DNA from: Catajapyx aquilonaris
Lineage: Eukaryota
Reading direction: 5' to 3'
NCBI GenBank assembly: GCA_000934665.2
Contig: KZ538304.1
Location: 62,001-84,958, forward strand
DNA: 22,958 nt
In this document: positions 22,040-22,958 of the stretch, one piece after another
Layout of the letters: each line of letters starts with the position of its first letter
Position numbering within the stretch: position 1 is the stretch's first letter
Position numbers and translations under genes: made by a program
The notes under the pieces: model-generated
What the model was told of the DNA's origin: nothing
Databases searched by the model: none
What the model saw: only the letters and a program-made list of their open reading frames with translations

Positions 22040-22725
22040 TACAGGGTGTCCAACTATGTACAAAGTCAGAAAGAAATTATTCATTAATAAATATACTCAA
22101 AGTATATCCCAGCAACAATATGACTGCAATGTTCCGGAGTAATGAGTGTCGAGCAGACGTCAACAACAGAAAGTGTTACTCGTGAGTAATTAGGTATGAC
22201 CTCCATGCTCTTTATTTTTTTTGCAGGGTTTGTAATGACATGTGCAAAGTATATCCTAATATTGCCAATGACGTCCGTGCAATGTTTTTTGCAGCAAGAT
22301 AAGGTTCTATCGGGCATGTGTTCCTTTCTAGGGGGGAAAAATCAGTATGATAATGAATTATTGCGTGCGTCGCAACTAGAGTAAATATACACTATAAAAT
22401 ATGGTCAGGATTTGAACCCGTGGACCGTGCGCAAATTTACAAGTCTGCTGATAGCCTATATTTGTTTTGATTGGACGATACACATGTATTTATGTATATA
22501 CCTGATGGCCTTCGGATTAAAAATATTCCTCATCCTGTTAATGTTTGCGTGGAATACAATAGCCCACTATAATCCTATTCGTTAGACTTATATTGATGAC
22601 ATATAACGTTACACGTTCGCAAAAAAAATCGCACTATTTTTTAACCCAGTGCCAATATTGCAATATCTCAAGTAAAATGGCCTTCACTTATAATAAACCG
22701 ACTGACTTGCAATTGACACCCTGTA
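22040..22725. mobile_element. Possible Tc1/mariner-type non-autonomous element
   Basis: TA-CAGGGTGTC ... GACACCCTG-TA termini, the same end motif as 20791-21124; AT-rich non-coding interior. Confidence 0.4.
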
Positions 22726-22958
22726 CTATTTATTGTGCAATGCTGTGCAGATGATTTGCATATCAATTGACCCTTCGTTGTTGCGTAAGAGTTGCAAGGA
22801 TTGAGAGCAAAAATTGCGCTAATAATTTAGGCACCAAAACTAAGTTCAAATCAATTTTTTTAAAAAAAACTGTTATCGACATTATCGGTCACTGCGTCAC
22901 GCCCCGATTAACTGGAATTAGCTATGCTTACTTAAGGGCTATACATTAGCATCGAATA

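Overview
Gene-dense eukaryotic genomic DNA, most likely from an arthropod (ZAD-type zinc finger, divergent ionotropic receptor, arthropod-type FADD, many ~50-nt introns). I assembled exon structures by hand from splice signals and reading-frame continuity. In order: the 5' exons of Vav (-), whose upstream region holds CCAAT/NRF1-like motifs and a 13-copy ATCGAT (DRE-like) array; an intact 3-exon ionotropic receptor (-) starting about 100 nt after the stop of an intronless ZAD-C2H2 zinc-finger gene (-); a ~6.6-kb mobile/pseudogene-rich block bracketed by two ~140-bp direct repeats, containing a frameshifted THAP remnant, a 1.8-kb foldback (long inverted-repeat) element, an importin-alpha pseudo-exon and a spliced THAP/P-element-derived gene lacking the catalytic domain; a FADD-like DED+DD gene (+); two tandem CAP/SCP (antigen-5-like) genes (-), one with a GC-AG intron carrying a young V-domain tRNA-SINE; and N-acetylglucosamine kinase (-), whose first coding exon was not found. 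The most interesting candidates are the duplicated bidirectional-promoter-like module, the repressor-like truncated P-element gene head-to-head with FADD, and a possible ZNF-IR dicistronic unit. No database searches were run, so family calls rest on motif recognition.
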